A model generated the notes under the pieces. The model had not been told where the DNA came from. It worked only from the letters and a program-made list of their open reading frames with translations, and did no database searches. From assembly GCA_021841005.1 (NCBI GenBank), contig JAKBVZ010000013.1:9364-73363 (forward strand): DNA of 64,000 nucleotides, read 5' to 3'. The first letter of the stretch is position 1. Each line of letters begins with the position of its first letter. Positions 1 through 9,413 of the stretch are shown piece by piece. A program made the position numbers and the translations under genes. Source of the DNA: Actinomycetes bacterium (GTDB taxonomy: Bacteria; Actinomycetota; Acidimicrobiia; Acidimicrobiales; JAMCPL01).

Positions 1-60
1 CCCCTGCCGTAACTTCACCCCCAGTATCGCCGCGATTGTATCATCGAGGCTGCTGCAAGC

Positions 61-1386
61 GTGATGAACGCAATATTCCGCGTTATGATGCTGAGCATGG
101 ACACGACTACCCAAAGCCATCCTGTGGCCGGGACCAAAGTTTCCGTAATAGGAGTGGCAGGTGACAGGATATCTCTTGTGGAGGAGGAGGCCCGTAACGC
201 TGTCGAGAACGCGGGCTGCCTGCTAGGTTCTTCGAGGCTGTTGGAGCTCGCCGTCACGAAGCTGGCGACACGGAAAGATGCCACCCTACTGTCATATGGA
301 CATGACCTGAACGGAACGCTCGGCAGGATAGCGGATATCGTGGCAGGTGGAACCAAGGTAGCCATCCTAGCATCTGGTGACCCTGGGTTCTTCGGTGTTC
401 TCCGGGGATTGTCGAGGGTAATTGACCGTGAGTCGATCGCGGTATTTCCAGCTGTTTCATCAATCGCAATGGCGTTCTCCAGGGTAGGCATTCCCTGGGA
501 TGATGCGGTGGTGGTGTCCATGCACGGAAGGCCCCCAGATCCTGCCGTAGCCCGGATACTGGCGTCCTCCAAGGTGGCTGTGCTTACATCACCCGAAACA
601 CCACCACACGCAGTGGCACGCATGCTCGTTCAGCGTAATGCCCATGCGGCGCAGGCAATCGTCTGCTCCAACCTCTCCACCGATAACGAGATCGTCGTGG
701 AAGGCGATCTGGAGACATTGGCCGAAGGCAATTCAGATCCGTATTCGGTCATGATACTGATAGGAATGAATGGCCTACCTCTCGGCGGGTACATGTCAAG
801 TGGTGATCTGATGTGTCGACCGGATGACCCTGCAATCAGCTTTGGCATGGAATCGATGCTCTACAGGCATCGGGGCAATCTGATCACTAAGGATGAAGTC
901 AGAGTAATAATCCTGTCCAAGCTGGACCTGCCCCGCTATGGCGTACTCTGGGACGTGGGATCCGGAAGCGGATCCGTAGCCATTGAAGCCGCGCACCTTT
1001 CACCAGGACTTACCGTATTCGCAATCGACCAGGACGGACAGGCAATTGCCAATATACAATCCAATGCCATCTCTCACGCGGCGCAGATACATACAGTGCA
1101 CGGCCATGCTCCCGAAATATTCTCGGATCTCCCGGTACCAGATAGGGTATTCGTGGGAGGAGGCAGGATCCCGGCACTCGAGGCCGCAACAAAACGAATT
1201 GCGCGACCAGGCAGGATTGTAGCTGCCTATACTGCGCTGGATCGAGCGGCAACAGGTGCCAAGCTACTGGGATCCATGATACAGGTATTAGTTTCCGAGT
1301 CGAGTACGCTTCCGGACGGCTCCGTGCGGCTAGTGCCACACAATCCGGTGTTTGTAGCATATGGTGATATTGACCCGGGCGACTAG
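61..1386 (+). CDS. cobL: precorrin-6Y C5,15-methyltransferase (decarboxylating), fused CbiE+CbiT domains
   Basis: 441-aa ORF. Tetrapyrrole-methylase signature VAILASGDPGFFG in the N-terminal half; SAM-MTase glycine motif VLWDVGSGSGSVAIEAA in the C-terminal half. Sits in a cob/cbi cluster. True start may be an internal Met near 88-100. Confidence 0.85.
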   Translation: MMNAIFRVMMLSMDTTTQSHPVAGTKVSVIGVAGDRISLVEEEARNAVENAGCLLGSSRLLELAVTKLATRKDATLLSYGHDLNGTLGRIADIVAGGTKVAILASGDPGFFGVLRGLSRVIDRESIAVFPAVSSIAMAFSRVGIPWDDAVVVSMHGRPPDPAVARILASSKVAVLTSPETPPHAVARMLVQRNAHAAQAIVCSNLSTDNEIVVEGDLETLAEGNSDPYSVMILIGMNGLPLGGYMSSGDLMCRPDDPAISFGMESMLYRHRGNLITKDEVRVIILSKLDLPRYGVLWDVGSGSGSVAIEAAHLSPGLTVFAIDQDGQAIANIQSNAISHAAQIHTVHGHAPEIFSDLPVPDRVFVGGGRIPALEAATKRIARPGRIVAAYTALDRAATGAKLLGSMIQVLVSESSTLPDGSVRLVPHNPVFVAYGDIDPGD

Positions 1387-1406
1387 GATCAATCAGAACA
1401 GCACTC

Positions 1407-3029
1407 ATGGCAAATACTTCACACATACTGAGCATCACTCATACATCGCAAGGTGCCATACTGGCACGTAAGTTACCGTACCCGCTCGTAGAGGGCAAGC
1501 CTTCATCTCTGATCAGGGAACATTGGCACGACTGCGATGCCTTGGTGGTGTTTCTTGCACTTGGGGCGGTAGTGCGTCTCATATCACCGCTCATATCGAA
1601 CAAGCACGACGATCCGGCAGTGGTTTGCGTCAACAGCGATGGGCGATGGGTCATCCCAGTAACCGGAGGCCATTCGCGCAACGCCAACCAGCTTGCGGTT
1701 GAAATAGCTGATCTGCTGGGAGCTATGCCCGTCATCACCACGGCATCGGATGCAGAAGCTGCTGCGGCCACTATGCCGCAGCCCGTGCTGGGAGCTATGC
1801 CCGTCATCACCACGGCATCGGAAAGCGGGTATATCGACGCCGATGGTGATGGACACGCCACGGTGGAGCATGGCTTCAAAGAAAAGATTTTTGTTGTCGG
1901 GGTTGGCCTGTCATCGTATTGTACACCGGCAGACCTCATCCAAGTCGTGGAAGGAGTCTTGTCAGAGAGCAACATTTCTCGCCAGGCAATCGAATCGCTT
2001 GCCACCATAGACACGAGAAGGGACCATCCAGCAGTAAGATCATTCAATCTACCGGTACGTTCCTATACCGCTCAACACTTGTCTCAGGTCGACATACCCA
2101 ATCCAAGCCAGGTGGTGCGTGATACAGTAGGCACACCGAGCGTAGCGGAGGCTGCCGCACTGCTGGCCGCGGGGCCAGGTGCAATTCTGGTAGTGGACAA
2201 GATCACCGCAACCACCGCCACCGTGGCAATTGCAAGGCGCATACGTCCGCGTGGATCACTGTCAATCGTCGGCATCGGGCCCGGCAGCTCTCTCCACCGC
2301 ACTCCCGCAGCGACGGCTGCCATAAGAAATGCAGAGATGGTGATTGGATACGGCGCATATGTGGATATGTGCCTGCCGATACTCGGCCCTCACCAGATCG
2401 TTGAGCGCTTTCCCATAGGAGCCGAAGTTGAAAGGGTGGACCGAGCTGTGCGGGTTGCAGCAGGCGGCATGAAGGTTGTGCTTGTATGTTCTGGAGATCC
2501 CGGAATATACGCTATGGCATCTCCGGTGTTCGAGAAGCTGGATGCTCTATCCGATGACCCATGGATACACGACATGGACATCACCGTTGTGCCGGGTGTC
2601 ACCGCGGCGCAAGCCACAGCGTCTTTGCTCGGTGCTCCGCTCGGACATGATCACGCATACATAAGCCTGTCCGACCTGCTTACTCCGTGGGACACAATAG
2701 AGAATCGCCTGCGCGCTGCTGCATCTTCGGGCATGTCCATCGCCCTTTACAACCCTGCATCATCCAGGCGACGCGCCCAGCTGGAACTAGCCCGGAACAT
2801 ACTCCTGGAGATCCTCCCGCCCGATACACCTGTAGGCGTGGTCGACAACGCCATGAGGCCAGCAGAGCGGCAACAGGTGGTAACCCTGGAAACCCTGGAC
2901 GCAGAGAGCTGCACTATGACCAGTTGCCTCTTGATCGGATCCAAAGATACACGGCTATCCAGTATCTCCACGGGTACGAGCACTAAGTCGGCAGGGATGT
3001 ACACACCGCGTGGATATGTCGCTAGATGA
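1407..3029 (+). CDS. cobJ: CbiG-like domain fused to precorrin-3B C17-methyltransferase (CobJ/CbiH)
   Basis: 540-aa ORF. The C-terminal half has the tetrapyrrole methylase pattern SIVGIGPGS...MVIGYGAYVD...LVCSGDPGIYAMAS. The N-terminal half is CbiG-like. Carries an in-frame 72-bp duplication/insert at 1714-1822. Confidence 0.8.
   Translation: MANTSHILSITHTSQGAILARKLPYPLVEGKPSSLIREHWHDCDALVVFLALGAVVRLISPLISNKHDDPAVVCVNSDGRWVIPVTGGHSRNANQLAVEIADLLGAMPVITTASDAEAAAATMPQPVLGAMPVITTASESGYIDADGDGHATVEHGFKEKIFVVGVGLSSYCTPADLIQVVEGVLSESNISRQAIESLATIDTRRDHPAVRSFNLPVRSYTAQHLSQVDIPNPSQVVRDTVGTPSVAEAAALLAAGPGAILVVDKITATTATVAIARRIRPRGSLSIVGIGPGSSLHRTPAATAAIRNAEMVIGYGAYVDMCLPILGPHQIVERFPIGAEVERVDRAVRVAAGGMKVVLVCSGDPGIYAMASPVFEKLDALSDDPWIHDMDITVVPGVTAAQATASLLGAPLGHDHAYISLSDLLTPWDTIENRLRAAASSGMSIALYNPASSRRRAQLELARNILLEILPPDTPVGVVDNAMRPAERQQVVTLETLDAESCTMTSCLLIGSKDTRLSSISTGTSTKSAGMYTPRGYVAR
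1714..1822. repeat. duplication-insert locus A: 37-bp direct repeats (1714-1750, 1786-1822) flanking a 35-bp insert with hairpin core CTGCGGCCACTATGCCGCAG (1762-1781)
   Basis: Read directly from the sequence. Period 72 bp, in frame inside cbiG-cobJ. Confidence 0.9.
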
Positions 3030-3099
3030 GAAGCGGCCTAGTGCATACTTCGGGTTCGACCGGCACATGTACACACCGCGTGGATATGTCGCTAGATGA
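2997..3099. repeat. duplication-insert locus E: perfect 33-bp direct repeats (2997-3029, 3067-3099) flanking a 37-bp unrelated insert
   Basis: ATGTACACACCGCGTGGATATGTCGCTAGATGA occurs twice with a 70-bp period. The left copy holds the last codons and stop of cobJ. Confidence 0.9.
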
Positions 3100-3355
3100 C
3101 GACCTAGGCGCCAAGATGCCTGAACATTGTATGGCGCGCCACAACGAGCTACCGACACCGATCCCCCCTGCCGGCCCGAGGGTCATTCTCGATCCCTACC
3201 TATGTCGGGGTTGCGGAGCGTGCATCATTACATGTCACACCAGGGCCATCCTGCCTGCAGGTCGCACCCTGCTGTTGGATGCGAGCAGGTGCGATTGCTG
3301 CCTTGAGTGCCTGGAGGTGTGTCCTGCCGACGCATTCTCTCTTTGGCAAGGCTGA
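3026..3355 (+). CDS. small 4Fe-4S ferredoxin-domain protein
   Basis: Two cysteine clusters, CRGCGACIITC and CDCCLECLEVCP. Start is uncertain: the 5' 70 nt lie inside duplication-insert locus E, so 3086, 3116 or 3131 are alternative starts. Confidence 0.55.
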   Translation: MRSGLVHTSGSTGTCTHRVDMSLDDDLGAKMPEHCMARHNELPTPIPPAGPRVILDPYLCRGCGACIITCHTRAILPAGRTLLLDASRCDCCLECLEVCPADAFSLWQG

Positions 3356-3466
3356 CTTGAAACTCTTGTTCGACCACCTGGCCCCAAGTCCTCGTCTGAT
3401 ACCGGCTATGCAAAGCAACAAGGCTAGCTGGGCATTCTCGCCAACCTTGCGCACTACACTGGCAGT

Positions 3467-5068
3467 ATGACACTACATCCCGTACATCCCATAGAGAAGG
3501 AGAGCTATGCAATCATCCAGCCACTGATTGACGCCATCGATCTACCCGCAGAATTGATCCCACTTGCAGCCAGAGTACTGCACGCCACCACCGACACTGA
3601 TCTGGCCAGGTCGCTCCGCTGCACCAAAGGTGCAGTTGACAAGGTCAGAACTGCGCTTCTCCTGGAACATCCGATAGTCACTGACGTGGAAATGACCCGA
3701 TCGGGCATCAGCCCAAAACCCAGAGACAGGGCGGTATGTGCACTTTCGTTGTTACCATCTACTGCGTCTGACGCAGGCGACGCCTTCCAGAGAGATGACA
3801 TCTTTCCAAGCCGCTCGGCCACGGCAATGTCACTGGCAGCATCAAGCTATCCCCGCGATGCCCTTTACGTCATAGGCTGCGCTCCAACCGCCCTTGATCA
3901 GCTCCTTGACATGATGGAGAACGGCAGTGTGCATCCGCTCGGCGTCATAGCGCTTCCCGTAGGATTCGTGGGAGCGGAACAGGCCAAGAATCGTCTAATG
4001 ACCGTAGCGTCCGCGCACGGCATTCCCGTTATCACCAACTCCGGTCCAAAGGGAGGATCGGCAGCTACCGCCGCGTGCGTAAATGCTGTTCATAGACTCG
4101 CCATGGATACGGATACGGATACGGATACGGATACGGATACGGATAGAACCCCCGTCCCTGTCCAGACCATAGATCACAGACCTGGCATGCTCATAATTGG
4201 ACATGGTACAAGATCCCTGGATGGCGTTGCCCAGTTGAAGCAGTTTTCAGATGACGTCCAGAGCGTCAGGCCGGAGATTCCGGTAACCTATGGACTCATA
4301 GAGTTTGCCGACGAGACTGGTGGCCCGACCCTGGAACAAGCCGTAAATGCATTGGTCGATCGCGGCGTGAACAGCATAGTAGCGGTTCCGCTGGTGCTCC
4401 TTGGTGCTGGACATATGAAGGATGACGGGCCGGAAATCCTGCGCAACGCCCGCCTGGCGCACCCGAGCGTACACGCCACTTATGCACGAAACCTCGGTAT
4501 CCATCCACTGGTTCTCGACGCAGCTGAAGCAAGTGCAGCCACGGCGGGGGCATACGAATCAGATGCAGTAGTACTGGTGGGAAGGGGGTCCACCGATCCT
4601 GATGCGAATTCCGACCTGGCAAAAGTGGCACGCCTGCTGGCAGATGGCCGTGGCATCGGATCCAAGGGTCAGTCACGCGGAATGCCCGCGATCACGCCAC
4701 CAGGCGGCAGCCCGCTAGGTGCTCTCGGAATGGTGGAACCAGCCTTCGTCTCCCTTGCCCCGCCCGGCGTGCCTGATGCCCTGGAGCGCTGCCACATCCT
4801 AGGCGCTGGAAACATTACCGTAGTACCATATTTTTTGTTCGCAGGCCTACTTCTTGATCGCATAAGAGAGCAGGCCTTAGGCTGGGCCGCAGGCAAGGTC
4901 AGATGCAACGTTACGGTTGCCGACGAGCTATGGCCTGACAACAGGATAATTCAGCTTACCTGGCTGCGCTACGATGAGGCTCTCCGAGGAGACGCAGCGA
5001 TGAACTGCGACTGTTGTATATACAGGGTCCCGCTACCCGGATACATATCCAAAGTTGCCGTCAGGTGA
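3467..5068 (+). CDS. cobH: precorrin-8X methylmutase (CobH/CbiC) fused to a two-domain CbiX-type cobaltochelatase
   Basis: N-terminal VIGCAPTAL motif typical of CobH/CbiC. After a (DT)n linker come two CbiX-like halves (IIGHGTRS, VLVGRGSTDPDANSD). The C-terminal MNCDCC cysteine cluster resembles long-form CbiX. Confidence 0.8.
   Translation: MTLHPVHPIEKESYAIIQPLIDAIDLPAELIPLAARVLHATTDTDLARSLRCTKGAVDKVRTALLLEHPIVTDVEMTRSGISPKPRDRAVCALSLLPSTASDAGDAFQRDDIFPSRSATAMSLAASSYPRDALYVIGCAPTALDQLLDMMENGSVHPLGVIALPVGFVGAEQAKNRLMTVASAHGIPVITNSGPKGGSAATAACVNAVHRLAMDTDTDTDTDTDTDRTPVPVQTIDHRPGMLIIGHGTRSLDGVAQLKQFSDDVQSVRPEIPVTYGLIEFADETGGPTLEQAVNALVDRGVNSIVAVPLVLLGAGHMKDDGPEILRNARLAHPSVHATYARNLGIHPLVLDAAEASAATAGAYESDAVVLVGRGSTDPDANSDLAKVARLLADGRGIGSKGQSRGMPAITPPGGSPLGALGMVEPAFVSLAPPGVPDALERCHILGAGNITVVPYFLFAGLLLDRIREQALGWAAGKVRCNVTVADELWPDNRIIQLTWLRYDEALRGDAAMNCDCCIYRVPLPGYISKVAVR
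4105..4146 (+). repeat. hexanucleotide tandem repeat (GGATAC)x6 plus a partial unit, encoding (Asp-Thr)n
   Basis: Read directly. Lies at the CobH/CbiX domain junction (MDTDTDTDTDTDTDR). Confidence 0.95.
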
Positions 5069-5150
5069 TGTATCATACAAATCGAGCGAATATAGGCACC
5101 GCGTTATATCGTAATATGATTATTACTCATTGGCTCCTGGTGCCGACAAC

Positions 5151-6569
5151 TTAGCGCTGGAAAGACTTGACCTCCAGGTACTCTTCCAGCCCGAAATGGC
5201 CTAGTTCGCGACCGACGCCTGACTGCTTGTAGCCTCCAAAGGGGGCCAGTGGGTTGAATCCTCCACCGTTGAGATCGACCTGTCCGGTACGCATCTTCCG
5301 ACCAAACCTCTCGGCGGCATCAAGATCTGAGGCCCAAACAGCACCTGCGAGTCCATATATCGAGTCATTAGCTATCCTGACCGCGTCCTTTTCGTCATCG
5401 TAAGGCAAGATCGACAGTACCGGCCCGAATATCTCCTCCTGCGCTATGGTCATAGAACTCTCCACTTCAGAGAACACCGTGGGCTTTACAAAGAATCCCT
5501 TGTCCAGGCCCTCTGGATGCTCTGCACCACCGGTAAGCAGCTTTGCCCCTTCGTCCAGGCCCTTGGTAATGTATCCACGTACCCGATCCCGCTGTGCAGC
5601 TGAAACGAGCGGACCGATCCTGGTGGTGAAATCGAACGGATCTCCCACCTTGTAGTTGGCCGTTTCTGCAACCACCAGCTCCTCTATCTCACCGAGAGTG
5701 CTCCTCGGTACGACCATCCGCGTCAACGCTGAGCAGGTCTGCCCGGAATTGAGGAAACACATGGAGACTCCGCCGGCGACGGCGGCACTGTAATCGGCTC
5801 CAGGTAGGATGACACAGGCAGATTTTCCACCGAGTTCAAGGGTCACCTTTTTCACGTTTTCCGCGCCGAGCTGCATAACCCGCTTGCCTGCACGTGTAGA
5901 TCCGGTAAAGGACACCATATCCACTCCATGGTGCATGGCAATTGCTTCACCGACCACGGTTCCCGGTCCACTTACCAGATTGAACACCCCAGCAGGTATT
6001 CCAACTTCATCCATTATGTCCGCAAGCAGGAATGCATTGAGGGGAGCTACATCGGATGGCTTGAGCACCACGGTGCAGCCCGCTGCCAATGCAGGTGCAA
6101 CCTTCGCCGCTATCTGATGGAGTGGATAGTTCCATGGCGTGATGGCGCCGGCCACACCGATAGGTTCCCGTACCACGAGCGAGTTGGATATCTCCTCCTC
6201 GAAGTTGAAGTCGCTCAAGAGCTGGGACATCGATGCAAAGCTCATTACAGGCAATCCCACCTGCACCAGATTGGAGATTGCCAGAGGAGTGCCGACCTCA
6301 CTCGAGATCAACGACGCCATCTCTTCTATGCGAGAGCTCAGCCCTTCCTGCAACCTGGAGAGGAACTTGGCACGCTCCTCCTTCGACGTGCACGACCACT
6401 CGCCAAATGCATTCACCGCTGCAGCAACCGCACGATCGACATCATCTGCATTTCCTAATGGAATCGTACCCATTACCTCCTCGGTCGTAGAATTGACGAC
6501 CTCCATGGTAGATGATTCTGACGGTTCCACCCAGGAACCGCCTATATACAACTTGTCACGAGTAATCAT
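5151..6569 (-). CDS. NAD(P)+-dependent aldehyde dehydrogenase
   Basis: ALDH family motifs ELGGKSA and [10 protein letters not shown] (catalytic Cys). The ORF extends to 6620, but [14 protein letters not shown] at 6569 matches the usual family N-terminus. Confidence 0.9.
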   Translation of the reverse strand: MITRDKLYIGGSWVEPSESSTMEVVNSTTEEVMGTIPLGNADDVDRAVAAAVNAFGEWSCTSKEERAKFLSRLQEGLSSRIEEMASLISSEVGTPLAISNLVQVGLPVMSFASMSQLLSDFNFEEEISNSLVVREPIGVAGAITPWNYPLHQIAAKVAPALAAGCTVVLKPSDVAPLNAFLLADIMDEVGIPAGVFNLVSGPGTVVGEAIAMHHGVDMVSFTGSTRAGKRVMQLGAENVKKVTLELGGKSACVILPGADYSAAVAGGVSMCFLNSGQTCSALTRMVVPRSTLGEIEELVVAETANYKVGDPFDFTTRIGPLVSAAQRDRVRGYITKGLDEGAKLLTGGAEHPEGLDKGFFVKPTVFSEVESSMTIAQEEIFGPVLSILPYDDEKDAVRIANDSIYGLAGAVWASDLDAAERFGRKMRTGQVDLNGGGFNPLAPFGGYKQSGVGRELGHFGLEEYLEVKSFQR

Positions 6570-6703
6570 ACTGACTCTCCTTATCTTTCTCCTTTTTGCA
6601 GTACCGTAACCGGACTGCAACTACCGCTCGCACCACCACGGCAAAACCATGATACCAACCATCCTGATCTATCGCATAATCTGGCAAAATATCCGCTGAG
6701 CCA

Positions 6704-7564
6704 CTAATCTTCTATGTCCTCCCCTACCTGCAATCCATGCATATCCGGTTTCAAGCGTACAACATGACCCTGCATTCCAGCCTGGTAAAGTGAACTTCTC
6801 GCTCCGTCTAGGACATTAGCAGCCGACCGTGAATCGCATATGGCCAGCAGTGTCGGTCCTGCGCCGGACCAGCAGGCAGCCAGCGCTCCGGCTTCCAGCA
6901 TGGCGCTCATCAGACCGGGGGCCTGCGGAAAGAGCGGGCTACGGTAATCCTGATGCAACCTGTCTGCGCACGCCTCCCTGTCCAGCATCGACCTGTCCCC
7001 CAAGCCTGCCAAGAGCATAGCCATCCTTCCCAGATTGAAGGTTGCATCCGACCTGTGAACCATCTCGGGCAGGACCGTCCTCGCCTTCTTGGTGGACAGC
7101 GATCGGCTGGGGATCAGTGCCACAAAAGCCAAGTCCTCATCGAGAGGGAATCGGACCACCCTTACCTTGCCCCTCATCACCGTCGCCGCCACAAGACCGC
7201 CATAGAAGGAGGCAGCAGCGTTCTCGGGATGTCCATCCACGGCCACGCCAGCAGCGAGCGGGTCCGGCGAGCCGGCGGCTGCAGCGGCGGCTACCGCAAG
7301 CGCCGCAGATGATCCGAGTCCCCTTGCAACGGGAATGGACGAGTGCACAGATACGGAAAGATGATCGTGACCTGCCACCTCCATGGCAACCATTGCAGCA
7401 AGGTGATTTGCATCGCCAGAATACTCTGCCCCCTCGCCGTAACTGCTCACTGTAAGCCGTGGAGCAGGATTGACCTCCACTTCCACGTACAGATCAAGCG
7501 CTAGGGCAAGCACGTCGAATCCGGGTCCAAGGTTGGCGGCTGATGCAGGCGCTCTCGCTCTCAT
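6704..7564 (-). CDS. thrB: homoserine kinase
   Basis: N-terminal APASAANLGPGFDVLALAL and GHMP-kinase motif PVARGLGSSAA. Start set at MRARAP (7564), which has a GAGGA upstream. The ORF is open to 7636. Confidence 0.85.
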   Translation of the reverse strand: MRARAPASAANLGPGFDVLALALDLYVEVEVNPAPRLTVSSYGEGAEYSGDANHLAAMVAMEVAGHDHLSVSVHSSIPVARGLGSSAALAVAAAAAAGSPDPLAAGVAVDGHPENAAASFYGGLVAATVMRGKVRVVRFPLDEDLAFVALIPSRSLSTKKARTVLPEMVHRSDATFNLGRMAMLLAGLGDRSMLDREACADRLHQDYRSPLFPQAPGLMSAMLEAGALAACWSGAGPTLLAICDSRSAANVLDGARSSLYQAGMQGHVVRLKPDMHGLQVGEDIED

Positions 7565-7577
7565 GGTATCCTCATGG

Positions 7578-7613
7578 GTACTGTGTTGCTCATGGTTATC
7601 AGCAACATAGTAC
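7578..7613 (-). promoter_or_regulatory. 13-bp-stem hairpin in the thrB leader
   Basis: GTACTGTGTTGCT (7578-7590) pairs with AGCAACATAGTAC (7601-7613) with 1 mismatch. It ends about 14 nt upstream of the thrB start. Function unknown. Confidence 0.25.
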
Positions 7614-7822
7614 CAGCTATCGAGTATTATTACCAACGGTAATGCGGTAAAACGACATATAGTGAACGGACATGTGAATCACTTCCGGAGTAATTCGCAT
7701 CAGGTGCATATATTGAGGAGGAAACACCAGAGCATGGACATACCTGGCCAGAGGGCGACCGCCTAGAAAACAATGGTCCGGAAAGCAGGCATACCGGTAT
7801 ACAACACCGTAAGATCGGTACA

Positions 7823-9322
7823 ATGAAGCGCCTGGATATACGACACTTGGACATACATGTGCCACATTTTGGCATACCCCACTTGGGCACTGGTGTCTAC
7901 GTGCGTATTGCCATCGCCATAGTGTTGAGTATTGCGATAGTGGTGATTGCTGCGCGCCTCTCCCGCCCGACTCCTGCACTCATGCTGGCCCCAGCGTACA
8001 CGCTCGGCACGGCATCCCGTTACCCAGCGACACTGGACGTCATCACAGTGCCGCATGATCAACGGCCACGATCAAATATGTCCAAAGAACCCCGCATGGA
8101 TGCTTCACCGCCAGCTACCAGTGCGCCCGCCGGTACCTCTGCAGACCTATCTGCAACGACAACCAACGGCGCACCTTTCAATGCTACGCCACAATCGCCA
8201 CCCACGTTCTTCCCTACCGCCGCAATACAGGGGCTGCCCTGGCCGCAAAGCGGCGGAGCGGCAATCGGCATACCTGGGCCCAATGTCATCATGAGCCATG
8301 GACAGCTCGGGTCTGTGCCCATCGCCAGTCTCACGAAGATGATGACCGCATACGTCATCCTCCAGGATCATCCACTTGCTCCGGGCCAGAGCGGTCCAAC
8401 GATCAGGATTGACAGTACGGACGTAGATATCACATATAACGACGAATTGAACGACGAGACCATGGTGCCGGTTGCCCGTGGCGAGCTGCTCACCGAGAAG
8501 CAGGCACTGGAGGGCTTACTGGTACACTCGGCATGCAACCTCGCCTATGCACTGGCAAGATGGGACAGCGGCAGTGTGAACGTATTCGTCGCCAAGATGA
8601 ACACCACCGCTAGGGAGCTGGGACTTGACTCGACCAGATATGCGGGACCGGCGGGGTTCTCCCCGGCATCGGTCAGCACTCCTGCTGACTTGATAAAGCT
8701 GGCCACCGTGGCGATGTCCATACCGGCTTTCGCTGAGATTGTCGACCATCCCACTGTCGATCTGCCGGTTGCCGGAACTCTTTACAACTACGTAAGTGCG
8801 ATAGGCCAGAACGGGGTCATCGGCATCAAATCTGGGTTCAATTACCAGTCCCAAGGATGCGTGGTTCTTGCAGCGACGCGTTATGTGGACGGTCGGCCGG
8901 TACTGCTCATAGCGGCGGTTACCGGTCAGGGCGGGATGGATCCTCTCGGTAGCGCCCAGGCTGACGCGCTCGGGTTGATCGACTCACTTCCAGCCAGGCT
9001 GCATCGCCAGAGGGTGATATCAAAGGGCCAGACTTTCATGCACGCTGTTCTGATGGCACCGTGGCGATCCCACGGCCAGGCACGCTACGACGTTATGGCA
9101 GGAGAGTCCATCAGCATACTCGAGTGGCCAGGAGCCTCACCGGCAATATCCGTTCACTTCGTAAAGAGATCCTATGCGTGCAGGACGACCAGAATAGATG
9201 CGGATACTGGAACCATAATGGTCAGGATAGGTGCATTGACCCGAAGCGTACCTCTGGTACTTCGCCGGACACCTCACATGCCGCAGTGCCCCTCACTGCT
9301 CTGGCGACTGATCCACGCCTGA
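7823..9322 (+). CDS. D-alanyl-D-alanine carboxypeptidase (serine-type, PBP5/S11-like) with N-terminal membrane anchor
   Basis: SxxK motif in ASLTKMMT, SxN in HSACN, KxG in IKSGF, plus a hydrophobic N-terminal segment. Start uncertain. Confidence 0.75.
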   Translation: MKRLDIRHLDIHVPHFGIPHLGTGVYVRIAIAIVLSIAIVVIAARLSRPTPALMLAPAYTLGTASRYPATLDVITVPHDQRPRSNMSKEPRMDASPPATSAPAGTSADLSATTTNGAPFNATPQSPPTFFPTAAIQGLPWPQSGGAAIGIPGPNVIMSHGQLGSVPIASLTKMMTAYVILQDHPLAPGQSGPTIRIDSTDVDITYNDELNDETMVPVARGELLTEKQALEGLLVHSACNLAYALARWDSGSVNVFVAKMNTTARELGLDSTRYAGPAGFSPASVSTPADLIKLATVAMSIPAFAEIVDHPTVDLPVAGTLYNYVSAIGQNGVIGIKSGFNYQSQGCVVLAATRYVDGRPVLLIAAVTGQGGMDPLGSAQADALGLIDSLPARLHRQRVISKGQTFMHAVLMAPWRSHGQARYDVMAGESISILEWPGASPAISVHFVKRSYACRTTRIDADTGTIMVRIGALTRSVPLVLRRTPHMPQCPSLLWRLIHA

Positions 9323-9413
9323 CCTGCTCCCCACTCTGAAATGCACCCCATTTGTTGGACAACCTGAGGGCATTGCTAAGCCCCCTGTCCAGATATTGGG
9401 ATCCCCTTCGCTC

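Noticed and set aside
1-5068. A cobalamin riboswitch controlling the cob genes.
   Set aside because: The window starts inside the operon, and no B12-box-like element (for example the conserved GCCACTG core in a structured leader) was seen in the short intergenic gaps. The GCCACTATGCC in the hairpin core is part of the repeat family, not a B12 box.
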